Shown here: positions 52,942 through 64,000 of the stretch, in pieces | Layout: each line of letters opens with the position of its first letter | Position numbering within the stretch: the stretch's first letter is position 1 | Assembly: GCA_964187785.1 (NCBI GenBank) | Contig: OZ076409.1 | Span: 76,076,001-76,140,000 of the forward strand | Direction: 5' to 3' | Origin: Amphiscolops sp. MND2022 | Taxonomy: Eukaryota | DNA length: 64,000 nucleotides | The notes under the pieces: generated by a model | The model's database searches: none | What the model saw: only the letters and a program-made list of their open reading frames with translations | Told to the model about the DNA's origin: nothing | Position numbers and translations under genes: made by a program

Positions 52942-53362
52942 TTAACCACAATCACTTTCTTCGGCTTCACTAAGTATGAAGGGACACTTTCGTTTTGGTT
53001 CTCTGTCATCATCATCATCTCCACAGTAGTCAGACAGTTCATCGAAATTGACAATGTTTGAAGAATGCTCATCAGCATCGTCATCATAGGGTCGAGACGA
53101 GAAACCAGGATCAATAGGACCTGATAAGGAAAGAAAATAAAGTACTCGGTGCTTTAGTTGACAGAAATTCGAATACTTAGAGTGATATACATACTGAAGA
53201 TGGAGGAGGCCAACGAGAGCACAGAGGCGTCGTCACTTTGAGGAAAAACAGACGACGAAGCCCCATCATCATCATTATCATCATCATCATCATCATCTAA
53301 CTCAGTGTCATCTTCGGCGGATGAGGATGAGACTGAGTAGGAGCGGGTTGAGTCAGAGAAGT
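52942..53362 (-). CDS. Spliced acidic protein, last two exons (53362-53195 and 53120-52942); first exon not located
   Basis: Acceptor tttttttcag at 53363. Removing the 74-nt intron gtatgt...ttccttatcag (53194-53121) preserves the frame. The product is D/S-rich and ends KRKCPFILSEAEESDCG*. Confidence 0.6.
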
Positions 53363-53400
53363 CTGAAAAAAAGAACGAATAAAATCAACCATTCACACCT

Positions 53401-56400
53401 TTATGCATAAGATTGAAAATAGGTGAAAGTATTACTTGACTGTTTAAGTGAATGATGTCCGTAGGCCAAAGATTTAACACCACAATCCAAGAGAAATCGT
53501 TTATCATCAAAGGCGCTTAGGGCAGTTTTGTTCACTTGAGCCACGACTAGTTGATGTTGCTGCGATCGAATTTGGGTGTTGACCCTGCAAATGTTCACTT
53601 TCGATTCTATAATGCTGGTGAACAGATCGTGATTGAACGTTTTTTTCACGCATTTTTGAACTCCTTTGGCACTCTGCTTTATGCCACTGTCAAATTTTAT
53701 ACTGTAGAGTTTAGATCTCAAGCAAGTACATTCCAGTAGAATTTGACCATTCAATTCGTCCTTCATGGTTAGCGGCTTCTTCTTGTTAGTTGCGTCGTAC
53801 AATTTATGATTCTGAGGGTAGTCAGACAAATCCAAGAGATTTTTGAAAGATTCCATGTCTGAGTATAGATCATCTGTTTCGATTCGATATAAAAGAGAAT
53901 CAGTATCCTTGTAGACGACAGTTACTTTTTCTCCATAACGTGGCTTCATTTCGTTATAGTGGAAATTATACAGCACAATTTTCGATAAGTCCAAAATGGC
54001 GGCTCCAACAGGCGTTGGTTTATTCCAGAAAATTGAGGTTTTCGAAAAATTCAGTGAAACTAGATTGCTGTGGATTATTTGAAAAGTCAAAAAATTAGGC
54101 TTCAGGGTGTAACGTTTGGCCTCGGTAGTATTCGCAACAAACTTAGTATCCCTTCTATGACGTAGATTCTCCATCGTTTTGCTGAAACAGGCATTAGAAA
54201 GGAGCTTGAAAAAATTCTTCTCGAAATCTGTTGTCGCATTTTTTCGCATTTGGATGTTTTTGGATATGTAGTTTCCAAGCCAGCAGCTTTGATCGAACTG
54301 CAGAACACGATGGAGTTTCTTGACCTTGAGACCTTGCTCCAAATAAAATTTAAGGTTTCTAAAGTGGCATATATAAAACTGTTTATCAAATAGCGTTTCA
54401 ATAAGCTTGGCCACTGGTGAAACTGGAAGATTGAAGGAATTGGCGTAATCCGACAGCCATTCCTTCTTGATTGCGAGTTTTTCCGGAGCAAGAGGTAGGT
54501 CGTTGTGAGATGCATGCAAATGTGCTGGATATTCCAGGTCCACCTCAACGAAAAAACCAACGGGCCCGAATGAGTCAGTTTGTAGGATATCCTCTAAAGT
54601 CAAATCTTCTCTCCATTTGTAGTTGCCGACAGGAAGAGGTTGCTGCATTGTTCCAGCATTAAATGAAGTGACATCAAAAAATGCTCCAAACACTGAAGGC
54701 TGGGAGGGATCGAAATCTTGCATGTATTGATTGTTAGCTTTGAAGTGTCGCAGGGCGCCGGTTCCATTGATACCGCCGCGAATAGCCCGCTCACAAAACA
54801 GTAACATATCAATATCCGTCAAAACTCCAAGCTCAACTTTGGTGGTGATCAGCATCGCTTCCCAGCTCAAGTTGGGAGCTGAAAAAAAATGAGCAGGATC
54901 TAGTTGATACTCTTTCACACCCACGTCACGGAAAGCCTGAAAGATGTCTGCGAGAAGATACACATCAAGGGTTAAATATAGGTCATGATAATCGCCAAAG
55001 TCTTTGCACTGCATCAAATTGAACATGTCCTTTGCTGTTTGGTACTGATCCTCGGTTATATCAATTTTACCAGTAAGACTATTTCTCCAAGCATCACCGT
55101 ATGCTGGAAAAGGATCCGAAAACATTTCGAAGCTGTTCAAGAAACTGTAGGGAAAATACCCTTTACCGCGAACTTTTCGAAAGTCAGCATCGTTCAGATA
55201 CGAAAATTTCCTCCTTAAAAGTATGAGCTATGAAGACTCCATTGTTCTGGCCAAGCTGTCGAGAGATTGGGACATGAATTGAAAACTGTCTAAGAAGCGA
55301 ATTTCACTGTAAAGCGCAACAACTTTACCGTCCTTGCGTTTGTATTCAGAGACTTTGATGCGAAGGCTAAAAGAGATATAAATTTCGTCAGTACGCGAGA
55401 TGGCTGAAAATTTTTCACCAGGGAGAACATTGATATTTTTCAAAATGTGGTGGGAATCATACCTGGAGAGATTGTGAAAGAACACAGGCAAGAAACGCTT
55501 GATCTGAGCCTTCAAATTACACATGGAATGAGCAATCCCAAAAATCATGCCCGATGAGTGGCAGTGATGAATCACCGGGTCATCTTGTATGACGCTTTTG
55601 CAAATACAACACTTTTCACCTCTAGTTGAGGCCAGGAATTGCTCTTGTTGAGTTTTAGTGAGCACATCACTTAGAAATCTGTGACTTTGTCTCTCTGAGT
55701 CACACCAGGCATTCCACTTGCGAAGGCAGTTCATCAACTTTTCGATGCAATCTTCTCCGCGGTAAAAAGATTCATCGACAACTTTGTTGCTTTGAGAATC
55801 AACCAAAACAGCTCCATAGCTCGCAGGTAGCTGTTTCTCAATCAGAACAGTTTTGCTGCCGCTCTGAATAAACATCGGAACATTGAGAGCTTCTAAATCT
55901 GCATAAACGACAAAAGGACACTTCTGAGTTTTTTCCCAGTTTGAGAAAGTCAGTTTCAGATGCTCACTGGGCATCACAATCCTCAAAGGTTGATTGTCAT
56001 CACAAAGTCGAGCATGTTCCATGAATTTTTGCTTCCCAATAGACTGCATGCAGTTCACGCAAAACTTCGTTTTGGGACCCTTGGCAGCTCGTTTTGGAGA
56101 TCTGCATACTTTATGCATGAAAGCTTGAAAATTAGTTATCAGACAATAGTGCGAATTGAAGCCATCCAAAAGTAAAAGCAAAAAAATCTTTGGATATTTC
56201 CCTCCGTTTCTACTTCGATGACAACAGATGAGTCCTCCCTGCTCATCGAAATTAAACACTGTTATGGAGAGATTATTGTCGCTTTCAAATCTTGCGATAT
56301 CCTTAAGTTTCATAGGCATCATTGACTCGCTGAATTTGAGACGATTAAATTTGTCACGGTATTGAGAAGGCCTTTCGCGATTTTTGGACCGAGGATAAAG

Positions 56401-56616
56401 GTACGCGAGAATACAATATATGAAGCAGAAATTGTCAAACAAGTTTTTGATATTGAGCAGACATTTACGCATGCCCTCAAGTTTTGCTGGGGTTGGCAGA
56501 AAAGAAGTTCCAGCAAGTGATCTTGTATGACAAATTTTGATATCTAAAGATGAAAGCTGTTTAAGAATCCAACCTGAACCACCGGAGCAGAAGACGTTGA
56601 GTTGTCTCAAAACTTG
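53401..56616 (-). pseudogene. Protein-primed family B DNA polymerase (pPolB), N-terminally truncated, with one nonsense codon
   Basis: Exonuclease motifs YADLE and FHNLSRYD, KGYFPY, polymerase motifs KLLSN and YKDTDS, and an endonuclease VII-like HHCH..G...AH..CN. The two ORFs are in one frame, separated by TAG at 55228-55230. Confidence 0.95.
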
Positions 56617-59600
56617 GTGCCGGGATTTCTATTCGATAAAGTATGTGGCGCGCCTTGGGTAGGGTCCCTTGCGCGCTCTTGGGTATGGTGTTCACCAGCT
56701 AGGAAACAGGGGTCGATTTTTCGGGATCTCCTAAACTAGCCACACGATTTGGCTGAAATTTGGCACACGTACCCCCCTCGGCACGGTGAAGATGATTTCC
56801 TACTGACGTTTTTCCCGCAAAATTTTTTTTGTTGTCCAAAATAACGGTTTTTGGGGTAAAATTTTGAACTTTTTTTAAATTTCATCTTATATCTCGCCAC
56901 GGGTTTACGCTAGCGCTTCAAAACCCTGCTAAAGAAAGCTTGCAAACTGTCTCAGGAATGCGGTGTGAAATTTTCAGCACAATCGGACTTAAACTGAAGG
57001 AGATATAGCGTTTTTCCGGAGCGGGGGGGTTTCATTTTTCTAACGGTCCAGCTTATCTTAGCCATTTTTTCGAAAATGTACTCGCCTAAAGACCTCCCCT
57101 GGCCGGTTTTATTCCCAGCAAAACCATTTGGCCCTAAATACGGAGTTTCAGCGTTCCAGCATTCCCGGGCAAAAAGTTGTGGGACTTAGAAAAATTCAAA
57201 AATTTTCAAAATTTTTTTTTCGGTTTTCCGCCCTCCCCCCCGAGGGGAAAAGACCCCCCAACCAGTAATTTGAGTGAATTCATGTGGAAAGGCCATGTTT
57301 AGAGGAGAAAAATCCCGTTTAAATCGTCTTTTTATCTTTATTCAACGTTGACTTATGACGTTTTGAAGGTGATGTTTGGAAGGTGTGAAGCACGTGAAAA
57401 GTAAACGTTATGAGTATTTATCTGATCTGAAAGCCATTGAGATGCAATCTGTTTTGCTCAAAACGTAATTCATATCCGTTTGGTAGTCATTCAACACCCT
57501 TTGTTGTCATTTGACATCTTTTTTTGTTGATATACGAAAAAATTTTGTGTATTTATTCATTTTTTTCTCATCAAATAACTTGAAACAGTTGAGTACATTC
57601 CATCCCCCCTTCACGGGGGAGATGAGAATGTACTCGCAAAAAGCCCCAAACTACGGCCCTTACCTTCCTGAGCAACGCAGTATAAAGATTGCATATTGGT
57701 TCCGACATTTTGATAGAGTTATATCTTGGTAATCTGTCTGGGTATGCAGAAAAACCAGCACGTGCTTTTTTATACCAAGTTGCTCACAACGACAATTATT
57801 TTATATCAACGCCCCCATATTTATCAACGCCCCCCGTCCGTGGGCATGCCGAGGCATGCCCTTCGACGACGTATACCAAGATATGTTCGAGCGCGTTAGC
57901 CTAGGTGGCCGGGAATTTTTTTTCTGCTCAAATCTTTGCCGCTGGGGGAGGGGCCCCTTGCGGCTGCTGTTCGGTTTTACTACCTACCAAAACCTGCTTT
58001 TTTTTTCACGATCTCGAGAACCACCCGTACGATTTTCCTGAAAATTTGCATACAGGCTTAGAATCAAATCCTAAGAACTATTTCCTACTGGCGTTTTTCC
58101 GAATTTTTTCAAAAAGTTGGTCAAAAACGCAACAAAAGTTGCCAATTGACATAAAAAACGCAACTTTTCGACTTTTAGGGCTCATAACTTTTTCCAGAGT
58201 GCCCGGAGCGACCCGTGTGCATCGAACACTTTTGTTCAGCATTCTAGGAAGAGTGCGTGGGCAAATTTTCGTTTAAATCGGACAAAAATTGACTGAGAAA
58301 TTAACGCAAATTTTGGTGCATTTTTTGCGAAGACTAGTCTATCTCTGCCATTTTCGCCCAAAATTTTTCCCAGAGCCTTTACAGGAGGCAACCCCTGCCC
58401 AAATTTCTGCCGAGCAAACCCATTTGGCCCTAAATACGAGGTTTCAGCGTTCTAGCATTTCCGGGCAAAAAGTTGTGGGACTTAGAAATTTTTCAAAAAA
58501 ATGCAAAAATTGTAAAAAGTAACTTCCGGCGTCCCAAAGTCAAGAAACTTTCACACAACTAGTATTGCAAGTGAATGCATGTGGAAAGTACTTGGATAGA
58601 CGAGAAAAATGCGCTATAGAACGACTCTCTAGCTTAATCTGACGTTGACTTATGACATTTTGAGTGTGAGCATCCTATAGGATTTTAATGTCAAAAATGA
58701 GATTTTGTAAGTCATGTCTCATCAAAAACTCGTCGGAATACGTTCAATCATCCCCATAGCTGTTCAATTACTGTGACTTAGTAGAGCAACGCCATTTAAT
58801 GTCCTTGGACCCATTTTGAAAATTTTCGTTATCGTCTTATTCGTCCGATATCCCGAAACAGTTGAGTACATTCCATCTCTCCCTTAAGGGGGAGATGAGA
58901 ATGTACTCGCCAAACACCTGACACAATGGCCCATATTGGTTTTTATTTGACCTTTCTCACGATATTACACACGGATAGCTGTGTTTGGTAAAAGTTTTCC
59001 ATTGCACCATGTCTCCAGAAGCTAAACCACTTCTTTAGCCTACTACTTCTACTCAAACATCACTAACGTCAACGCCACATACTCGCATCAACGCCCACCG
59101 TCCGTGGGCATGCCGAGGCATGCCCTTCGACGACGTATGCCAAATAGCGCCACCTGGCGCCCCCAATTTCCGCTAGGTGGTCGGGTATTTTTTTTTACTC
59201 GTAGATGGCGTTTGCGAGGCTTTGGGGAGGGCCCCGTGCCGAGCCTGTTCCGAAAATCGCCACATGTAGAAATCTGGCACTAAAATGCGAGATCTCAAAA
59301 AGTAGCCGTTAGAATTCTCTGAAATTTTGCATGTGGCTCAGAATTAATGAGTAATGAAAAAGTGTAGGAGTGAAGGTCGCTGAAAAAATGGTCCTTGTTG
59401 CACTTTTTGCGCAATTTTTGTCTGATTGTTGCGTTTTTTATGTCATTTTCGACTTTTCAAGCAAAAAACTCATGGATGCTTTGTTCCTAGCGCATCAAGT
59501 GTGGAGCACGAAAAGTTGCAGCATCTCCAAGTGCGTATGCTGAGAAAATTTGGTTGCCGTCGGGTTACCCCCCACAGAGCTAGAGGGGTACTTCCGGTTA

Positions 59601-62600
59601 TTTTTGACCCCCTAAATTAGGTAAACTGCTAATTTTTGTAATGAAGCCGTAGATTTAGCGTGTCCGCACCCTGCTGAAGTTTTGTTAGGCATTTTGGGAG
59701 AGACCCAATGACATGTGTTCAGTTCACCCCCCATCACCCCCTTGACCGGAAATGAACGTTTTTGTGCACTTTCAGACCGGATGTCTCCATTTTCACCGGT
59801 AAGGAGGCCTTGTACGACCAACTAGCAGGATATCAAAATTGAAGTATAACCCAGGGTCAACTTAATGACCACGTGTTGTCCAGTCATGGGTTTCACTATG
59901 ACCGGAAATGGGCTCAAAACCCCACTTTTAGTAGTTTTTTATCAATTTGAATAGTGTTTGGTCCACATTCAGGTGGCGTAAGTCACTTGCACCAGTGTGA
60001 GTATTAACTGCATGTTCCCTGCGTAGACGTAACTGACACTGTCAGATACCGGAAGTAACCCCATGTGACCGGAAGTGGTCAATTTTGACCGGAAATGGTC
60101 CAAAAAGTAGCGTAAAAGCAGTTTTTCACTACTTTTTAGGGACAATTTTTTACTTTTTTTCAATCTGAATGCCTCCTTTATACTACCAAAGCTAACATCG
60201 CTGCCTGTTTTGCTAAAGATTTGGCAATTGATTACCTTTATCAACCCCGATAGCCTTCCAAGTTGACCTTGGGTCAATCTTGAAGGCTATCTATACTTAA
60301 AACAAAAAATCGAGATAAGTTGTTTTCTCCATTACGTTGATAATTTTTCCTTGATGTCAAATTGTTAAGCAAAGACTTTTAAGCAAATTAATGATCTGAA
60401 TCTTGTTCAGAGGTCTCATCCTGAGGAAGATTATTTGACATTGAAGTAAACTGAGAATGAGGTTAGTATTTGTCAACATCAGAGAATCTTATCAACGCCC
60501 ACCGTCTGTGGGCATGCCGAGGCATGCCCTTCGACGACGTATGCCAAATAGCGCCACAGGGCGCCCACACTTTTGCTAGGTGGTCGGGTATTTTTTTTAC
60601 TCGTATATGACGTTTGCGAGGCTTTGGGGAGGGCCCCGTGCCGAGCCTGTACCGAAATTTACCACATACCAGAAGTGTCCGATTTAATCGAGATCTCAAA
60701 AACTAACCGTTAGATTTCTCTGAAATTTTGCATGTGGCCCCTAATCAAGGAGTAATGAAAAAGTGTAGAAGTGACGGTTGCTGAAAAACTTGTCTTTGTT
60801 GCACTTTTTGCGCAATTTTTGTCGCATTGTTGCGTTTTTTATGTCATTTTCGACTTTTCAAGCAAAAAACTCATAGATGCTTTGTTCCTAGCGTACCAAG
60901 TGTGGTGCACGAAAAGTTGCAGCATCTTCCATTACGTATGCTGAGAAAATTTGGTTGCCCTCGGATTACCCCCCACAGAGATAGAGGGGTGCATCCGGGT
61001 ATTTTTGACCCCTGAATTTGGGAAATTGCTAATTTCCGTAATAAAGCCGTAGATTTAGCGCGTGCACACCCTGCTGACGATTTGTTAGGCATTTTGAGAT
61101 CAATCCGATGACATGCGTTGAGTTCACCCCCATCACCCCCTTGACCGGAAATGAACGTTTTTGTACACTTTCAGACCGGAAGTCTCCATTTTCACTGGTA
61201 AGGAGGCATTGTACGAGCAACTAGCAGGAACTCAAAAGTGAAGTATAACCTGGGGTCAACTTAATGACCACGTGTTGTCCAGTCATGGGTTTCGCTATGA
61301 CCGGAAATGTGCTTAAAACCCCCTTTTGGTAGTATTTTTTATCAATTTTCCTTGTGTTTGGTCCACATTCAAGTTGCGTAAGTCAGTTGAACCAGTGAGA
61401 GCATAAAATATATATTCACTGCGTAGTCGTAACTGACACTGCCAGATACCGGAAGTAACCCCCTGTGACCGGAAGAGGTCAATTTTGACCGGAAATGGTC
61501 CAAAAAGTAGCGTAAATGCAGTTTTCAATGCTTTTTAAGGTCAAGTTATTAGTATTTTTCAATTTGATTGCTTTTTCCCACGCAAAAAGCTAACATCGTT
61601 GCATGTTTAGCTGAAGATCGGAAAAGTGATCACCATTATCACCCCCGATAGCCTTTCAAGTTGACCTTTGGTCAATCTTGAAGGCTATCTGTTCTGAAAC
61701 TAAAAAATAGTGGAATTTTGTTTCCTCCTTTCTCTTGATGTTTTTCCTTCCAGTCAATTTGTCAAAAGAAAGACATTTGTTCAACTGAGTGATCTGAATC
61801 CTGTCCAGAGGTGTCACCCGGACGAATACCATTTCAAGCTGAAGTACACAAATCAGGGTAGTATTAGACATCACACACTCCTACCAACTCCCACCGTCTG
61901 TGGGCATGCCGAGGCATGCCCTTTGACGACGTATGCCAAATAGCGCTACAGGGCGCCCACATTTGCTAGGTGCCGGGATTTCTATTCGATAAAGTATGTG
62001 GCGCGCCTTGGGTAGGGTCCCTTGCGCGCTCTTGGGTATGGTGTTCACCAGCTAGGAAACAGGGGTCGATTTTTCGGGATCTCGTAAACTAGCCACACGA
62101 TTTGGCTGAAATTTGGCACACGTACTCCCCTCGGCACGGTGAAGATGATTTCCTACTGACGTTTTTCCCGCAAAATTTTTTTTGTTGTCCAAAATAACGG
62201 TTTTTGGGGTAAAATTTTGAATTTTTTTTAAATTTTATCTTATATCTCGCCACCGGTTTACGCTAGCGCTTCAAAACCCTGCTAAAGAAAGCTTGCAAAC
62301 TGTCTCAGGAATGCGGTGTGAAATTTTCAGCTCAATCGGACTTAAACTCGGGGAGATATAGCGTTTTTCCGGAGCGGGGGGGTTTCATTTTTCTAACGGT
62401 CCAGCTTATCTTAGCCATTTTTTTCGAAAATGTACTCGCCTAAAGACCTCCCCTGGCCGGTTTTATTCCCAGCAAAACCATTTGGCCCTAAATACGGAGT
62501 TTCAGCGTTCCAGCATTCCCGGGCGAAAAGTTGTGGGACTTAGAAAAATTCAAAAATTTTCAAAAAAATTTTTTCCGTTTTCCGCCCTCCCCCCCTAGGG

Positions 62601-64000
62601 GAAAAGACCCCCCAACCAGTAATTTGAGTGAATTCATGTGGAAAGGCCATGTTTAGACGAAAAAATTGCCGTTTAGAACGTCTTTCTATCTCAACCTGAC
62701 ATTGACTTATGAAGCTTTAAAGGTGATGTTTGGACGTGTGAAGCATGTAAAAAAAGGAATTTTTTTGATTTTATTTCATCAGAAAGTCATTGAATCACAC
62801 GCTGTGAAGCCCAGAGCGTGGTTTCTAATAGTTTGGTATCGTTTAAACGCATTTTGGTGTCTTTTTACTCTGTTTAAAAAACTTTTCTCCTGAAAATTAA
62901 TAAATTTTGATTACTTTTCTTACTTTCCATTAATTTTTTTTCTTATATTTTTACTTGAAACAGTTGAGTACATTCCATCTCCCTTCCCGGGGGAGATGAG
63001 AATGTACTCGCAAAAAGCCGCGAACTACGGCCCATACCTTCCCGAGATACGCAGTATAAAGATAACATAATGGTCCAGACATTTTAATGGAGTTGTATCT
63101 TGGTAATATGTCTGGATTTGCAGAAAAATCAGCACGTGCCCTTTTATACCAAGTTGCTCGCAACGACAATTAATTTAAATCAACGCCCCCCACAAAAATC
63201 AACGCCCCCCGTCCGTGGGCATGCCGAGGCATGCCCTTCGACGACGTGCACCAAAATATGCCCCGAGCGCGTTAGCAGCTAGGTGGCCGGGGGATTCCCC
63301 AATCTTCATTTTGAGGCGCGGGGAGGGTCCTGCGCCGAAGTGAAAAATACCTATTAACAACTAGTATAAAAAATGGTCACTTCTGAAGCCGATTTCGAAA
63401 ACTACCCACACGATTCGCCTAAAAATTTGCATGCGGCTCCCAATCGACATTCTAAGAGCAAATCCCTACTACCAATTTCCTGGGAAAATTCATTTTGATG
63501 GTCAAAATCTCTATTTTAGGTTCCAAAAATGGCATTTTTCTGGAAAATTTTTGTCCCAGAGTCGATTATTCGGAACTGGTGCTTCCAGCGCAGTAAAGCC
63601 TAGCTGATTTATTGTTGGGCACTTCATCAGGAGTCCGTATGCAAATTTTCGTCCAAATCGGATAAAAATTGACTGAGTAATAGCCGCAAATCCGACGATT
63701 TTTTCAGAAAATTTTCGTACATCTAGTCTATCTCTGCCGTTTTTTGCCCAGATTTTTTTCCAGGACCTCTCCTAAAGGCCTCCCCTGGCCGGTTTACCTC
63801 CCAGAAAAACCATTTGACCCTTTTGCCGCAGTTTCAGCGTTCCAGGATTCCCCGGGTAAAAAATAAATGACTTAGAATTTTTTCGAAAAATTTTCAAAAA
63901 TTTTTTTTTCAAATTCAGGCCTCCCAAAGGTAAGAAACTTCCACACAACTAGTATTGCAAGTGAATGCATGTGGAAAGTGCTTGAATAGACGAGAAAAAT
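56617..64000 (+). repeat. Heterogeneous tandem array of 1.27-1.40 kb cassettes (right array); runs off the window end
   Basis: Units: 56617-57904, 57905-59176, 59177-60579, 60580-61969, 61970-63282 and 63283 to beyond 64000. Each starts GTG, and each complete unit ends GGGCATGCCGAGGCATGCCC...CTAG. Confidence 0.95.

Larger units (their letters stand above)
44320..56616. mobile_element. Polinton/Maverick (adintovirus-like) endogenous element, right part interrupted
   Basis: Contains the Polinton core genes (ATPase, rve integrase, two capsid proteins, cysteine protease, pPolB). The left terminus is tentatively AGTAGT at 44320. The right side is cut at the array junction. Confidence 0.95.

Noticed and set aside
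55228..55230. Programmed readthrough in pPolB
   Set aside because: Other inactivating changes in the same gene make a simple nonsense mutation more likely.
19023..56617. The two arrays as giant TIRs of one element
   Set aside because: They are inverted relative to each other, but their interiors belong to different families and the right one interrupts pPolB.
383..63282. CRISPR-like array (conserved palindromic repeat plus variable spacers)
   Set aside because: The intervals are 1.2-2.8 kb and homologous to one another, there are no cas genes, and the context is eukaryotic.

Overview
Eukaryotic, repeat-rich invertebrate-like genomic DNA with a 200-N scaffold gap at 41409-41608. (1) 1-19023 is a tandem array of ~2 kb non-coding units (nine complete, one partial). 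(2) 19-44 kb holds three exons of a sphingosine kinase-like gene. Its long introns contain DINE-1/HINE-like elements, tRNA-derived SINEs, MITEs and a decayed Ty3/Gypsy LTR element nested in a MITE. (3) ~44.3-56.6 kb is a decaying Polinton/Maverick (adintovirus-like) element: PLA2-like protein, packaging ATPase, PHD-integrase, minor and major capsid, adenain protease, pPolB, an HUH-motif ORF and a spliced acidic gene. (4) 56617-64000 is a second array of 1.3-1.4 kb units that cuts into pPolB. The main observation is that both arrays are strings of different but related cassettes with one architecture: 5'-GTG ... family-specific ~44-bp palindrome ... GGGCATGCC-GA-GGCATGCCC hairpin ... CTAG-3'. 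All 14 internal junctions read CTAG|GTG, and both visible array ends abut a CTNG tetranucleotide (CTCG, CTTG). My inference is a self-targeting, possibly rolling-circle, non-autonomous element family that builds mixed cassette arrays. No database searches were run.
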